Assembly (NCBI GenBank): GCA_030141605.1
Contig: JAQGDQ010000928.1
Location: 1-64,000 of the forward strand
Length of the DNA: 64,000 nt
From: Tubiluchus corallicola
Taxonomy: Eukaryota > Animalia > Priapulida
Direction of reading: 5' to 3'
Below, one piece after another: positions 1 through 14,969 of this stretch. The position numbers and the translations under genes were made by a program. Every line of letters begins with the position of its first letter. Position 1 is the first letter of the stretch. The notes under the pieces were generated by a model. It was given only the letters and a program-made list of their open reading frames with translations, searched no databases and was not told the DNA's origin.

Positions 1-2440
1 ATCTGCATACAAATTTTGTATTAACAGTAACACTGCATGAGACTTGTAAATTTAAACTCCCATGCTGACGGCAAGGCGCAGCAATTTTAACAGTCAATCT
101 TCGAATAAGAAATTTAAGCAAACTTTTGGTGAGCTAGTGAGTTTTTTGGTGCACACTGAAATAGCGAGCCAATGACGTTTACATGAGCATTTTAAATTAA
201 TAAGAATTTTCTTTTCTAGTTACATATGTTTTTCAAGCTTGTAAGCATAATATTTAATAATATAATTTTGTGTAGAAAGTGTATAAACATGATTATTAAT
301 TTTTCTTGACAGTGTCCTTACCTTTAGTTGTGCAGATAGACACATGATTCTTTCTAAGAATTGGGTAATAGTAGTTATGAACAATGCAGCCACACGTTGT
401 AAGCATTTTGTTGACAATGCAATTTTCGGTGCAAGCCTAAAAATGTTATCCAAAATATTGTAAAAGTTCTTCATAAACAAGAAGGACCAACAACAAGTAC
501 ATGTTTCAGAAGAGAAATCAAGTTTCTTTAAAAAATGCATCTATTTTAAAAGTCTGATCTAGGCACGAAAGTCACACAGCTATAAATTGATTTTATGATC
601 TCATCAGAGAGGGCACTTTAATTTGGGCATGCAGTGGACACACTGTTTTTCATAATTATCAAATTCAAACAGTGAAATAAATATCACGATTAAAGGTATT
701 CTTTTCAGAAAGGAAAAGCTTTATATATTATTTATATTCACACCTTTTGAAAGTGCAACTCTTCCTTATAAAATAGAGGTTGTTGAGTTGCTATGACTGC
801 ACATGCTGTTCTCATGCAGCTAGGTCTTTTAGAGTATATTGCACTGCATTTGCATGAATGAGCATGCAATGTACTGCCGCACAGCAATATGTCCTGCTGC
901 AGGGAGGGCAATGGTTACTATTAATGACACTTGTTTTGATCTTTTATGTTTCTATGTTTTGTAAACAACACAAATTTTGTCAGTTATTCAATCTACTTCA
1001 AAAAGAAATGTCTGCAACCGTTTTGATCAAAAAATTAATACAAATTGCCATTTTTGGCAGTAGGCCTATTATTGGTACAGACGTATATTGTTACAATAAT
1101 GTAAATATTTATATCTTGAGTGCATTTTACCTGATGATCAAATACATTTTACAAATAAAAGACTCGGTTTGAGCTAGACAACCAGAATAAAGGACTGACT
1201 GATTCTTAAAAGTTGAAGTACACTAATCCGAAAAGTAATCATATCCGTTTCGCCATCATTCAATTTTAAAGAACTATTTGACAAACACGAATTTCACAGG
1301 CACAATTTTGCAGAATTTTCGGGATGTGTTAACATCATCTGAATTACTGGTTTCTACACAAAGATATAACTCCGAATTTCATCCACATGAAAATGGAGAG
1401 CAACACCGTAGAACCTGCGAATCTGAAAAAGTAGGGCAGTGTAAATGGAAAAAAGCATATAGGACCTAAAACCAATTTAAGTAACAATCTCTGTGCAGCA
1501 CGCCACTTCCGAATCATTTCAGGAGATCTGGTTCCACTAATACTAACCAAGTGTTTTCTATTAAACAGGTAAGACCTGCAGTGCCTCTTATGTGACACCT
1601 ACTGTGAAGTCTGCTCAGAAGCACGCCAAGCGGCTGACAAATCCAATGTTAAAAGCGCAAAAGTTAATGCTTGCTTGCTCCATTTGTTGTAATAGCAAAT
1701 TTTCGTTTGAGATGAATATGCTAATTTGTTCGATTAATAAACATGTCAACGCTCTAAAGTGATGCTCTTTTCCGAAATTATCTAGCAAAGAATTGGCCAG
1801 TGTAATTAAATATCTCTTCTACAGGAACAACAAGAAGGTATAGCCTTGTCTCTGACACAGCTCGGTTGCTAATGCTGCTAGGTTCAAATAATCTTTGACG
1901 CTTTCATTATAATCACCATTGGTTTAAACTCTAAAAAGTTTATTGGAATATTTGTTCAATGAAAGAAAACAAGAGAAAGGAGACCAAAAAAAGAAAAGAA
2001 GATGCAAGAGGAAGATAAAAAACCTAATGATTTGCAGAAGTACTACAAAGGGACATGGCCAGGTTTGAAAGTTAAGGTGATCAAGCACGTAATAACGATA
2101 ACAGTGACACGTGCCAGACAATTTTTAATGCCTTGATTATACATTTTAATTTTGTGTCTAAAATCAAAACAGGGGGAAGACACAACATTAAAGGAAGTAC
2201 ATAATTGCTATTTTGTACTTAAAATAAAACGCAGCAAAAAGTATTACAGTAAGCTCTTAGATCTCATAATATAACAACATTTGTGTTATTATTATTATTT
2301 GCAAAAGTGAAATTAAGAGTTAAAAAATTGTTAAACAGGATTGTTAATTCTGAAAAATGTGCTTGGAGAAGCGATAGCTCTCCTTGCTCCTATAAAGGCA
2401 AAAGCAAATTTAGACAAAATAGTTTATTCAGACTTCATAC

Positions 2441-2542
2441 CTTAGTGTTGTACTGTTCTTCAGGAAAAAGGGTAACATTATCATAAATATCACTTCCATC
2501 AGTGCAATTACCATAGGGAATTTTCTCCAAAGAGACATTTGT
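2441..2542 (-). CDS. DEG/ENaC exon 5; gene presumably continues beyond the left window edge
   Basis: TNVSLEKIPYGNCTDG...QYNTK (PYGxC motif), CAG acceptor and GTATGA donor, 102 nt. No thumb or TM2 exons were recognised in 1-2440. Confidence 0.85.
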
Positions 2543-2818
2543 CTGAAATATAAATCTGCAGATTGTAAAAAATCACCGTGTTCGTAAGTAATTGATATCA
2601 ATTAAAGGCCAAGCAGAAATGAAAGGTATGAAAAATAATTTAAAATTAGCCTCATAGGAGTCCTTTCAGCAGAGTGTTTCGTAAGTTTACCTTTATTCAA
2701 TTTAAATGTCTGATAAAAAAAACAAGAGGCAGTTATAGCCTGAATCACTCACTGTTTTCAATGTAAATCGCTAAAAAAATTAATTTCCAACTGTGATGTT
2801 GAGAAAGGTTTATTTTAC

Positions 2819-2979
2819 CATTGTAAGACCAGAAGCTGTTGCATATCCAGGTGGGATGTCGAAACCACTTTCTGCTGGAAAAGGTGTGTTCCCTGGATTG
2901 TGAATCACCACGTGGACTCCAGATTCACTAACTGATTTCAGATAATCATATACATTGAGAAAAAGAGTCAAGGATAGCC
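2819..2979 (-). CDS. DEG/ENaC exon 4
   Basis: GLSLTLFLN...SGVHVVIHNPGNTPFP..GFDIPPG is a typical ENaC/ASIC extracellular motif; splice phases are consistent. Confidence 0.92.
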
Positions 2980-3180
2980 CTAGCAAGATTAAAGTAAATG
3001 CTGTTTTTATTACGAATCTTTTTTGCATACAGTACAGTAATTTCAAATTTCAGAATTTTCGTTAAAAGGTGCTTTAAAAACGTTAAATGGGCCTACTTGT
3101 GGCGCAGCTCTGAAAATCAATGAGATTTTTGTAATTTGAAACTTATCATGCAAAAAATCACCTATTGTACCCGTCATTAC

Positions 3181-3299
3181 CTTTATTTGCTCCTGCCCTT
3201 CTCACGCTTCTGGTTTTAGTAGCACGTGGTGTGTTGCTGTATCCATCATTGAATGTAAAACATCTGCCAAAACTTGGGTCATCTATTGCTTTAAAATCT
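3181..3299 (-). CDS. DEG/ENaC exon 3
   Basis: Phase-compatible with exon 2; DFKAIDDPSFGRCFTFN...RRAGANK carries the GxCxTFN motif; G|GTAATG donor. Confidence 0.9.
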
Positions 3300-4230
3300 C
3301 TGTAAGAAGTTACACAGACTATACCTAGCACACTACAGAAGTTTATCATTGGTACAGATAAAAGTTAGTGCAATAAGAGAAAGAAAGTAGCGGGATAATC
3401 TTTTAAGGCAATGAAAATAGATGTAGAGAAACCAAAGACCACGCTACAGACTGACACAAACAGGCTTAGAATAGGCCGAGTAGGGGTGCATTGAAGGCAC
3501 ATTTTTATCAACTAAATTTTCTTTAATTCCAATTGATAAAATTATCATCTCTGTAATGCTTTATCGTTAGTGGCGATCGATGAGTAACTGTGGTGACTGA
3601 CAGTGTAGAATTGTTCTGATTACTAAATCTGTGTCTTTATTTAATGGGTATTAAAAGCAGACCCAATTCTTTCAAAAGCTGTATAAAATTTATTTTGTAC
3701 AATGAATAAAAACAGCATTTAAGCAAAACTGCAATAGTATATAATTGTTTACTGTGACTAGTTGAGGTTTCATGGTTTATTCCATCGTGTATAAGCAAAT
3801 GCAGCACCGCCACGCCATTGCGACGACTTGTGCACTGATGGTGCATCACATTCTTTGATTTGTAAAACAAAAACAGAAGACAAGATATCAGCTGTTTTAT
3901 CGTGTTCGCAATTTATCATCAGCATTTTATGATAATTTTAGCATATAGCGAAATATTCAGGTTAATATAATTTTTACATAATGCGACAGTTATTAAAAAA
4001 GTAACTTCAGTAAATCTCTTAGTGATTACAACCGAAGTTCAGCAGATCGAACTTTTACTGATATTTGGGGAAAGAAGTCGGTGCATTCTGAATATTCGGT
4101 GCATCCCTAGGACCCAACTTGAAAGGAGCAAAAACATAACATAGTGAGAAAATAAACTAGAGAATGTAAAAAAGAGCATAACTCTTATGAATGTTACACA
4201 AATTAAAAACTAAATAAAATTGGAAACTAC

Positions 4231-4406
4231 CTTGGTATGTCACAAGCAACGCCCATCCAAGTGCAGTTAATGATAAATTGCTGCGGCGAGGCACTAACAA
4301 TGTCTTTTAGTGTTATATTCGTATTAACTTCCATCAGAACCTCTGCAACATCGGTAACTTCCTCGTCAAAATACAATACAGTCGTTTCCTCATAATCACT
4401 GTCAGT
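4231..4406 (-). CDS. DEG/ENaC exon 2
   Basis: TTTTCCAG acceptor, phase 0; TDSDYEET...FIINCTWMGVACDIP; ends AG|GT, phase 2. Confidence 0.85.
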
Positions 4407-5262
4407 CTGGAAAAAATTATAAAATAAAATTTTAATTAATATACTAAGCTGATAGCCTGCTAAGTTTGTTTGTGTACAATATTTGGAATGTCTAGACAAA
4501 TAAAAAATTCAATGTCAAACACTGCCTCTATTATTTAGTTCTTAATTAACTATACCTTAATTACTGCAACTGTCAAAAGGTGTGTGATTTAATTAAACTG
4601 ACCAGGGTCAACTTAACAGGAATGTACCACTCTACGCAGTATAATATGCTGTTGCAACCTAAAATGTAAAAGTTACCAATTTTGTATCAACTCACTACAT
4701 TTGTAGGAAAACTAACCACTTTCGTAAAAATGTCACCAATTTTGTAAAAAAATCTTACCCACTATTGGATAAAAGCAAAGCTACTGTTTTTGTCAAAAAG
4801 TTTCCTCCTTTGCAAAAAAATTACATCACTAATTTTGGAAAAGCATTAACAACTTTTGTCAAAACAGTATTTTTGCATTGCAGTGTTCTGACTTGACTGT
4901 CTTTTATAGCATAAGTAATCGGTAAGCAACAAATGCAGATATTAAAATTTCACTCTCATTTCTGTAAGGTACAGCAAACTCCACCTAGTTTTTTTTCTGA
5001 CTTGTTTTCACACGTTCTGTTGGGTTGCGATTCTCTTCTTATCCAGGTGAGTAGTATCTAATGGGGGTTCTCTTGTGATACTCTGCTTGTGGACAAGTCC
5101 AATGAACAAAATGATTGATGTAACTGTTATCACTGGAAATAATTACTAAGTAAAACATACTTATTGGCGTCTCATACATCATTTTACACAATTACTATCA
5201 AGAAATTACATTTTTACATTATCACAAATGTATATGTAGGTATTATCACGAAGGTGTGAGTG

Positions 5263-5463
<201 letters not shown>

Positions 5464-8087
5464 TCACACAAACAAAATTCTTAAAAATATCATTATGGTA
5501 CATTTTGAAAATGATGTTATGAAGCAATTAATACATACAAATAACAAATTCAAGTAGTTTATTGCTGTAAAATTATGAATATCACCTGCACATGCAAAAT
5601 TGTGGTAAAGTTGCTGGGGCACTGGCTTCAATAAAAACTGTTTATTTTTATAAAAACATCAGTCTTAGTGCACTAATTTTTCACGTTGTCCTAATGCGAT
5701 ATTCAAATACAAATTCTGTAAGTTTGGATTCTAGGATTTAAAATCAAATATCGAAAAATCTTATGATATCTCATCACCAGATTCCTGGAACGTTTATACT
5801 ACTGTCTCATGTGGAACTGTCTTATCACAATATTCATGATGACAAAGCATTGTACCATATTGTGCCATCATGATCATGCAATTCCCATGCTGCATGTGTT
5901 TTGATATCTGGTGTAAATTAATGTGCAAAGGGACAATACTTAATACAAGTGGCAAGTTTTACAAAAGCGGTTATTAGTGTTTTTAAAAAATTGGTGGCTA
6001 ATCTTTTTTTGCAAAAGCTGGAATTTTTTTAACAAAAAAGTAGCCCCTACTTTTTTGTAGTGAATGGATTTTACAAAAGTGGCTACTATACTATTTTTGT
6101 AGAAATGGTATATTTTACAAAAATGGTTGATGTTTTTACAAAATTAGTGACCTGGTTTTTTACAAAGGCGGGAATTTTTTGACAAAAACAGTAGCCTCTG
6201 CATTTACAATAGTGGGCAAGACTTTTTTTTACAAAATCAGTGACCTTTTCACGAAAGTGGCTACTTTTTTTTACAAAAGTGGTGGTCTCTTACAAAATTG
6301 GTAATTTTTATACTTTAGGCTGCTATATATTTAAACTAGTGTCACCTTTGCACCATATTTACTTGCAATTTTGAATACAATTCTTTATCTTTTTTAGATA
6401 TACTGCTTCTTCATGATCAGGACAAAATGTCTACATCTGTTTTTGAGAAGAATACGTTTACAGGTCTGTGTGCTGATTTTGAATCTTTCGCTTGCAAACA
6501 GTTTAAAAGCAAATCTTATTTGAACTTTAGTACACAGATCTTTTTGTATTTCATCAACATATCAGATATTTCACGAAGAAGTTACTACTGTGAAAAGTTT
6601 TTTTAATTTCTAATGGGTTTCCAATTTGGTTAATTCGCCATCAAAAATATCTTGATAAAGTTTTTTTCAAAAGAAATCACAGTACTGTCTGTTTCCAAAA
6701 AATAGTGTATTTACCTATTTTAGTTCACTGGTCCTCAGTCTTTGCAAGTGAAGAACAAAATCATTCCTATGGTTGAGCAACTTTACCCTCATATTCAATT
6801 TGGCAATTTTTGGGCTTTTTCTTTCCAATATTTAAAGCACATTCTTACAATCTGGTATTGTTTACAGATTTCAGTATAGCAGCTGTAATGCTACTTACCA
6901 TGTCAAAACGTCCAGACATTTTAAAGATAAAATGTTTGAACATCTGGGATTTCCTGTAAAACAGGCAAGAAACTAAAACTTCCTCCTCAATCTAGCATTT
7001 ATGATCACATTTGTGCTTTTAGCCACAAGGCTGATTTTAATAATTTCAGCAGTGTGACCAGAGCTACAAATAACTGGTACCTATTAACAAAAGAAAGCTT
7101 ATCCATGTACCATAACAAGCCTTCTCTTAATGTACAAAGCAGTTCAATTCCCTTAACCTTGTTTTCAAATACCTAGCTAAAACGTTACTGAATATCTTTT
7201 TCTGCAGGCCTGTTTTCATTACATCTTTGGATTCCTTGTAGATACATAATTAGTGAATATTTGTACTGTAGAATCTGCCTATAAAACTGGTTGTTTTTTA
7301 TGCAGTCAATCACACAGAAAATGACTGCTAGACTCGGCATAACATGTTTGTAACATATTTTATATTTTAAAGTTTTGACAAAAGTTGTTTCTTTCGATAA
7401 CTTCAATATATATTGCTAAAGTTGTATCTTTGCATAATTTGACCTTTAAACATTAGTGAACATTCTGCAGGAAAACAAAACGTCGTGTTAATATGCCAGA
7501 ATTAAAAAAAATGAAAATTCTTAATGTTCATTATCTATTTCCAGTGTAACCTTTGCCGCTATATTTTTCCAAAAACATAATCTACGTATTTCACCAATTC
7601 ATCAGTTCACTGCTAACGAACGACCTGCTGGTTTATTCGAAATTGTGCACCAAGTTGCCTTCGCACACCGGAGTTTATAATTTACCTGTGTGACCCAGTT
7701 AATTTAATTCTTATAGAGGCTGAAATAATAACGGCTGTTTGAGATGACAGTTTTCTGGCAATTTTGTTTTATTATTTCGTTATAAACTGATAAACTAATT
7801 AACAATGTGGCAAACACAAGTGATTTTTTGAGCTATTTCAATTGATAATAATCAACTTCTGCTATTTCCCCATATCGGGAGTTTACATTTAACAACGTAC
7901 ACATGCAGTTTACTCGTGTATAGAAAAGTACAGGCATTGGAAGGAGAAACAGCTCAAGATTCATGTACAAGCTAAGAAATGATGTTTTGCTGCTTTCGCT
8001 CCACACAAACCACACGACAAGAAACAGATTGCTGTCAGCAACAACAATGAAAAAAACAACAATTGTTTATTGAAAAGGTTAACTTAC

Positions 8088-8474
8088 CCATCCGAGGTAA
8101 TCATAATAATAGTAAGGCGAGTATGACCAGTTACTGTAATCAGGGTAACCATCATCTGTTACATTTGCAGCAGCTGTTAGATTCTGTTCTTTGAAGTATT
8201 TCGACGAAGACACTGGATTTTTGTTGCAAATTGTCACAGCGGGAAAGTTCAGCTTACCATCGTTGCGCACACCTATTGTAACTGTTTTCGGGGAACTGTT
8301 AAACTTGACAGCAATTTGGTAAACCTGTATACCACTATAAACAAATACACCAATAAACAGAAGTATCCATGCTAATCGAACTGTCACATGAGGTGAAAAA
8401 AAAGCTCTGTATATTCCATGAGCAGAAGTGCTAGCAGCAAAATACTGCAAGGGTTTATTCAACTGATCATCCAT
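8088..8474 (-). CDS. DEG/ENaC (amiloride-sensitive channel family) subunit, first coding exon
   Basis: MDDQLNK...TSAHG (pre-TM1 HG motif), hydrophobic TM1 (LAWILLFIGVFVYSGI), FPAVTICNKN motif; ends TGG|GTAAGT, phase 0. Confidence 0.92.
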
Positions 8475-10899
8475 AATTAACAATGCAAAAGCTCATGTGC
8501 ATTAAGTTTATAACAGTATGGCGGTATAACTCCTGTTCATTTAATTTTACAGCAAAAACTGAATAACAAAAGCAACCAACTAACTACCAAGATATAACGC
8601 CTTATGCCCAAAATCAATTTTATAGTGCCTCATTTTTCAATTGCCAAAGTTCATCATAATCAGTTGAGATGGATACACCAGGGGTTGTCTAGCAATGGTG
8701 ATTAATATGGCCATACTGGTTTCATAAATAAAACAGCTGCAGTTGTATGTATAGGTATATGCATATAGGTTTATAAAAGGTATATGCAAACACCAAAACA
8801 AAGACTAGTACTGGCCTAAGTGCTGTAATAAATTAAAACTTTGGCTAATGTTGTCATAAATGAATAGCAACAAACGTATACCATAAATGAATTTTTGATA
8901 ATGTCAAAGTAAAATAAATTACAAATATATAAAATATACACTGCTTATATTTTCCAGTTGTAAATGCATTTAAACACCAATTGTAAAAACGGACAGGAAG
9001 ATTGTATTAATTTAGTCATATACGAACATAACTATTTCTATAAAAAAAACTTAAGCTAATTAGTTAATTCATGAAGTCCATGTTCCATTAGTAGAAACTC
9101 AACTACGAAAATTAGTCGAATCAAAAGACCAGAATTGACAATACTTGTGCACTGAGACACGACTTACTTACAAATCTGTGCATTCTTTTGTCAGCTTTTA
9201 ACATCAATGTTTACAGTCTTGCATCAAATGAACTTGTACGTTTGTTCCTGCACGGGAACCATACCCTATATAATTCTGTGAACACTCAAATTTTTGTTTT
9301 ATTGCAATCTTTTATTTCAAACACCAAGCGTTTTAAATAGTATTAACTTTGTTACTCTTGTTACATAGTAATGCTCATGTTTATTGCAATATTTTTGTAC
9401 ATTGTGGTCACCATTGTTCTGCATCTGTCAATTCATAAATTATGTTTAAACCAAACACCAGAATAAAGACTATTATTGGGCTAAATGGCGTAATAAATTG
9501 CAGTTTTGGCTAATGCTGTCATATAAATGCATAGCAACAATGTTTGCTATAAATGAATTTTTGATAAAGTATATACACTGTTTAAATTTTTTGGTTAATA
9601 CAATATGAATGCATTTAAATAGTTGTAAGCATGGACAGGAATACCGTGTTCCTTTGGTCGTATACGTACATAATTATTTCTATAGATAAACTAAAGGAAA
9701 GTACGGCCACTAACTAATCAGTTAATTAATGAAATCCACGTTCCATCTGTGGAATGTATTAGCAGAAAATCAACTACCGGATAGAATTTACAAATACTGG
9801 ATGGTTAACTAATATAATCCATGACTTACTATTAATTTTCTAAAAAGACGGAGAAAGTAACGAAAACAAGATTGAAATAGGTAAAAAATAAACAAATTGT
9901 GAAGGGTGAGCTGCAATGGTGATTTAGTATTGGCAAGCCGTAAATAGAAACGTATTGTGAGCAATTCTGACATAGCTTAAAAATTCAAATTATCAATGTT
10001 GCAAACAAGCTTATACAATATTAACAAAATACAAATTTTTTGCGTACTCAACAATGCTGACCTCTCTTGTGTGTGAGAGTTAATTGATTATGCACTGATG
10101 GTAACTAAATAGAAATCAAACAATGGGAAAACAGCTAATTAATTATTGGTTTTGAGGAGCCTCATAGATTTGTTTCACTTGATTTTATTACTCACATAGT
10201 TTACGCTATTGATTTTCACACTAAAAGTAAATTATATGGCGTTATTAAACTCGTGCTAAAACCACGTAATGTTACATTCCATGTAATAATTATGTATGAG
10301 ATTAGCGTACGTACATTTCATAGTGGGTGTGATAGACAAATACTACCTTTTCTGTTTTAGTGTATTCATTTATTGTGTATTCATTAGTGTACTCATGCTT
10401 CATGAGACTGTTATTCGTGAGAATGAAGCCCGATTTTGGCAATTTGTTGTTGTGTCTAATTTTATACAGAAATATCTTGTATGTTACATGACAATATCAT
10501 CAGGAAATAACAGGCGACACCTGGCCATAAAAATAAAAAGTAACCCTCAAAACACATCAATGATAAAACATACGTATGATCCTTTTTTATTGTTATACGA
10601 TATCTTTTGTTTTCTATAACACCATCAGGAAAACAAAACAACTTAGTTATAGTCAGAAAGAAACTCCGACTGCAATTGTATTCTTGTATGTAATAATTAT
10701 GCTATTACATAAAACAGTGTTACAAATCAAAGCTTCTCTTGTGTCAAAGAAAGAATGAGAAAGGGTGTTTCTGTTAGGAGAACCGGACACTGATGAAAAG
10801 TGGCAGCACTTAGTTACAATCTACAATAAGAACACTGACAAGAAAACCTGTATAGATTTGATATAGAAGCACTAAGTGAGGTACAGTGTGCATTAAATT

Positions 10900-11420
10900 T
10901 TAGATTTAATAGCTTGAAAGCACAGTTATCGAAGCGTTTATGGCACTACTTCATTAAAGAAAAACAGGCCAGTTCCTATCCTGCAAACATGGAATTGGAG
11001 AAGTAATCTGTTGGCAATAGCTCGTGCATCCTGCAAATGGATTTCGCCGAGAACCACAAATGCCTTTACGAAGACGAATACAATTAGCCCAGTACCATCA
11101 GCGGCAGCTCTCTATTTACTCCATAATGATGTACCCTGCAGAGAAGAGCCTCAATTATGTTAATTGTGACCAGACAACAGAGATGACAAATTAGCTGTTG
11201 CTGCATATTATGTCCAACATGTTGAGGTATAACAAAAGCCGAGTCGTCCAAAAGTAGAAAGATTTTAGAAACAGTAAATATAGAGGTTGGTGCATCAGGC
11301 CAATTTACATGCTTGCCTTCCTTCAGAGGTTAAAAGATAGCTACAACATCGAGTTGGCATGAATTACTTCACAGAGAGCCATCGGACAAGCCCAACGATT
11401 CTCTAACAGGAAGTATAAAA
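10900..11420 (+). mobile_element. Highly decayed DNA-transposon transposase remnant (possibly Sola-like)
   Basis: Fragments CILQMDFAENHKCLYEDE, GASGQF and NYFTESHRTSP resemble the DFAENY / DGxxxQ / SHGKGPxD motif series; many stops and frameshifts. Confidence 0.4.
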
Positions 11421-11704
11421 AGAACTACTCACAGAAACATTACAGTTTATAGTCATAATATGACTGATGTGTTTGGCTTTCAGCAGGCGGTTTGAGATGC
11501 ATATAACAAAAAGGATACTATTGATAAATGAAAACAAAATAAACAAAGGGGTTATAAGAATATAGATTTAGAGCAGTTATGGATTGTACCGAACCCTTTC
11601 ATGGTACAATGGCAACCCATTACATGTAACTACAAAGCAAAAATGCAATCGAGATTATGTACAGTGGCAACATTGAAATATCAAAAGTTCGAAAGATGGA
11701 ATAT

Positions 11705-13900
11705 TTTAGATTTAATAGATTTATTTTCGCAATAAACATATACATATACATTACATGTGCATCGATAATCAGTTTTTGTTAATATAAAAATATGATACAA
11801 TTCATGAATTCTGCGCTAGAGACCTAAGAAGCTAGCTTATGGTAGGCCTCTAGAATTAGTTACGAAAAAAATTACAATATATACAGATACAATATTACAA
11901 TATATACAAATATGAATACGGGTGGGAAGTAATAAAAATATTATTATACTAGCGGGGAAGTTTTTGAAAATGAAAAACAACAAATCATGATTGAGTGATC
12001 AGTTATATGTTTCAAGTAAGTTTAATTTATTATTTTTTTTAAATATGGACAGCGAGTTGGCATTTTTAATAGCTGGAGCAATTGAATTCCATATGTAAGG
12101 GCCATTGTATTTAATAGGAAATTTTCTAACATTTGTGTTGCACTGTATGTAGTGATAGTTAAGTCTATAACATGTGCCGTAATTATGTATCTCGCCATTC
12201 AAACAAAAATAATCAGTAAATAAGGGAGGCGATAATTTATGAGATAATTTGTACATGAAAATGGCAGTTTGGAACTTATTAATGTCATAAATGTTTAGAA
12301 AGCTTAGTCTTTTAAATATTGGTGGTGTACGGTCCTGATAACCGGCAAATGTTATAGCTCGCACTATTTTCTTCTGAATCAGATGAATTTTTTTCAATCG
12401 ATTGGTGTATGTGCTTCCCCAAATAATGTTTGAATCATTAAGATATGGTAAAAAAACAGAATTATATAATAATACAAGTACTGATTTAGGCAATATGTGT
12501 CTAACTCTGTATATAATACCTATGGTTTTTGAGATTTTGCTTTCGATAAATCTAAGATGTTCTTGCCAAGTTAGGTGTTCATCTATGATGGTGCCTAAGA
12601 ACTTAGTATATTTTACTTGATTTATTGGGACTTCATCGATTTTTACTGTAAGATTACTAGGGATTCTTTTATTTTTATTTGTGAATACAATAAATTTGGT
12701 TTTTTCAATATTCAGCGATAACTTATTAGCTTTAAACTAGGTGGAGAGGTGTACAAGTTCTTGGTTTACAGTATTTATCATTGATTCATAGTTTGAGTGA
12801 CTATAGAATATGCTAGTATCATCGGCAAATAAAATGAAGTCTAGCAGAGTGGAGACATTGTGGACATCATTAATATAGAGAAGAAAAAGCAATGGACCTA
12901 AGATTGAGCCTTGGGGAACACCATAGTTAATTTGCTTCAAAGAAGAAAATGTGTTCTCAATTAGTACGGATTGTTTTCTGTTGTGTAAATAACTTGTAAA
13001 CCACTGTAAAGGTAGACCTCTGTCTGACACCATAGTTGTTTAATTTATCTAAGAGTATTTGATGGTCAATAGTATCAAAGGCCTTAGATAAATCAATAAA
13101 AATACCAATTGTAAATTCATTATTGTCAATTGCATTTGATATTAAATCAAGAAGTTCAAGTAGAGCCATGTAAGTGGAGTGGTTTTGTCTAAAGCCTAGT
13201 TGTTTGTTATATAATGTTTTTTTAATGAAACTTAGTAGTCTATTATACATTAGTCTTTCAAGAATTTTGGAAAAACAGGGAAGAATTGAAATGGGTCTTA
13301 TCACCAGTTTTAAAAATTGGATTAACCTTAGCTATTTTCAGAGAGTCTGGGACTATACCTGTTGAAAATGACTTGTTAAACATATAAAGTAGAGGTTCAG
13401 CAATACAGTTGATGGATTTTTTAAGGATAATTTATGATATACCATCATATCCTGTACTGTTTTTATTTTTTAAATTATTTGCCACATTTAATAGCTCCGT
13501 TTTGTCAATTGGAAGCAACTGCATTGAATTGCTACATGCATTTGGTAAGTATGAAAAATATGATGTATTTGTAGTGGGAATTTTTCCTGCTAGAGTTGAT
13601 CCTACATTTACAAAATAGTTATTAAAGCCATCCGATATTTCTTTTGATGTCATTAGGTTATGGTGTGATTTTTTGAAATGTGACTGTTCTATATGAGAAG
13701 TGTCTTTTTTATTAATAGCTAAATTTATAATTTTCCACGTTTTTCTCATGTTATTCACATTACTTTTAATTGTATTGGCATAATAATCTTTTTCGGCTTT
13801 TCTTAGTATTGACGTTAAGTTATTTCTATAAGTTTTATAAAGGTCAATGTTCAGATCAGTAGGGTTTTTTAATTTTAGTTTATATAATTTATTTTTGTCA
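11705..13900 (-). mobile_element. 5'-truncated, frameshifted CR1/L2-group LINE (reverse transcriptase ORF2 remnant)
   Basis: RPISILPCFSKILERLMYNRL, DLSKAFDTIDH, GVPQGSILGPLLFLLYIND and FADDT spread over several frames; AATAAATCT-type 3' tail near 11705-11725. Confidence 0.93.
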
Positions 13901-14834
13901 AAACAAACACAAATTCTAAACCTTCAACGCCATGTAAAATGAAGTTAAAAAACCTGCGAGGGCATGTCTAGGTTGAGGGTGTGAAAGACCAAAGTATGGA
14001 TTAAGTGCATGAAGTGGAGTCACAACTTATGTGCTGGAGATGAAAGCGATAAAACTATTGTATTTTCTGTGAAAGATGTTTTTATTGTTATCAAACAAAA
14101 TTGGCAAGTTCTTGTTAAATTTAATTGAATGCTAAATATCGCTTTGTATCAGCTTGTGTTATTTTAGGCTTAATTATCTATCTTTGATTCTGGATATGAA
14201 GAAATGTTTATTCAGACAGACGTTGACGGATGCAAGATGCGTTGTTTTTCGATACTGCCGGGTGAACAAAACATTGTGCATCTCTTTAGCAAAGAACATA
14301 AAATGGCTGCTAGATGTTGGCCGCACTCTTATCTCTTAGCAGGCACCCAGATAAAAATCTCAGATTGCCTGAACCCACTCCTATAGCTTACATACTATAC
14401 TGGTTAAGTTTCACATCTCTACTTTGTCACTTTTTGGCTGCCGACTAGTTTATGCACATAAAGACAAAGCTTGAGTTACAGAGTGGATACTGGGAGTTGG
14501 GAATACGTTACACCCTTTTCTACAGCGAAATGATTAAATACTAGTACTTGAGCATTGAAATTCAATCTTCAAATCAAGAAAATGTTTAATCTATTATTTA
14601 ATCATGATAAACGCTTTTCCAGTATTAAGTGTTTTAAAATGTATAATTTTTATCGGACTTGAAAATGGAGTAGTGTATGAAAAATCATCTTGTCTTCTTT
14701 TAAGCTTTACTAGCTCTGTATGCATTGCAGGAAATGTGTCTCTATAATAACTCTCTTTTAAATTTTTATTAATGGTCTATGTAAAATTGTGTTCACTTAA
14801 TAGCATTTTGCTTACAGTTTTATTTTGTTTGCAG

Positions 14835-14969
14835 TAGTGAATCAGTGATGTATCGCACGATGAAAGCTCATGTAAAAAGTTTATATTCTTGATATGAACT
14901 TTATAGATTGGACTTTGTTATCGACAACAATCTCAAGCCATGGCTACTGGAAAACAATGCTGGACCTTT
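14835..14969 (+). pseudogene. TTLL4: Tubulin polyglutamylase TTLL4-like exon remnant (ATP-grasp core)
   Basis: TTTGCAG acceptor, then SESVMYRTMKAHVKSLYS*YELYRLDFVIDNNLKPWLLENNAGP, resembling TTLL4 [29 protein letters not shown]; in-frame TGA and lost GFD/ExN motifs. Confidence 0.75.
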
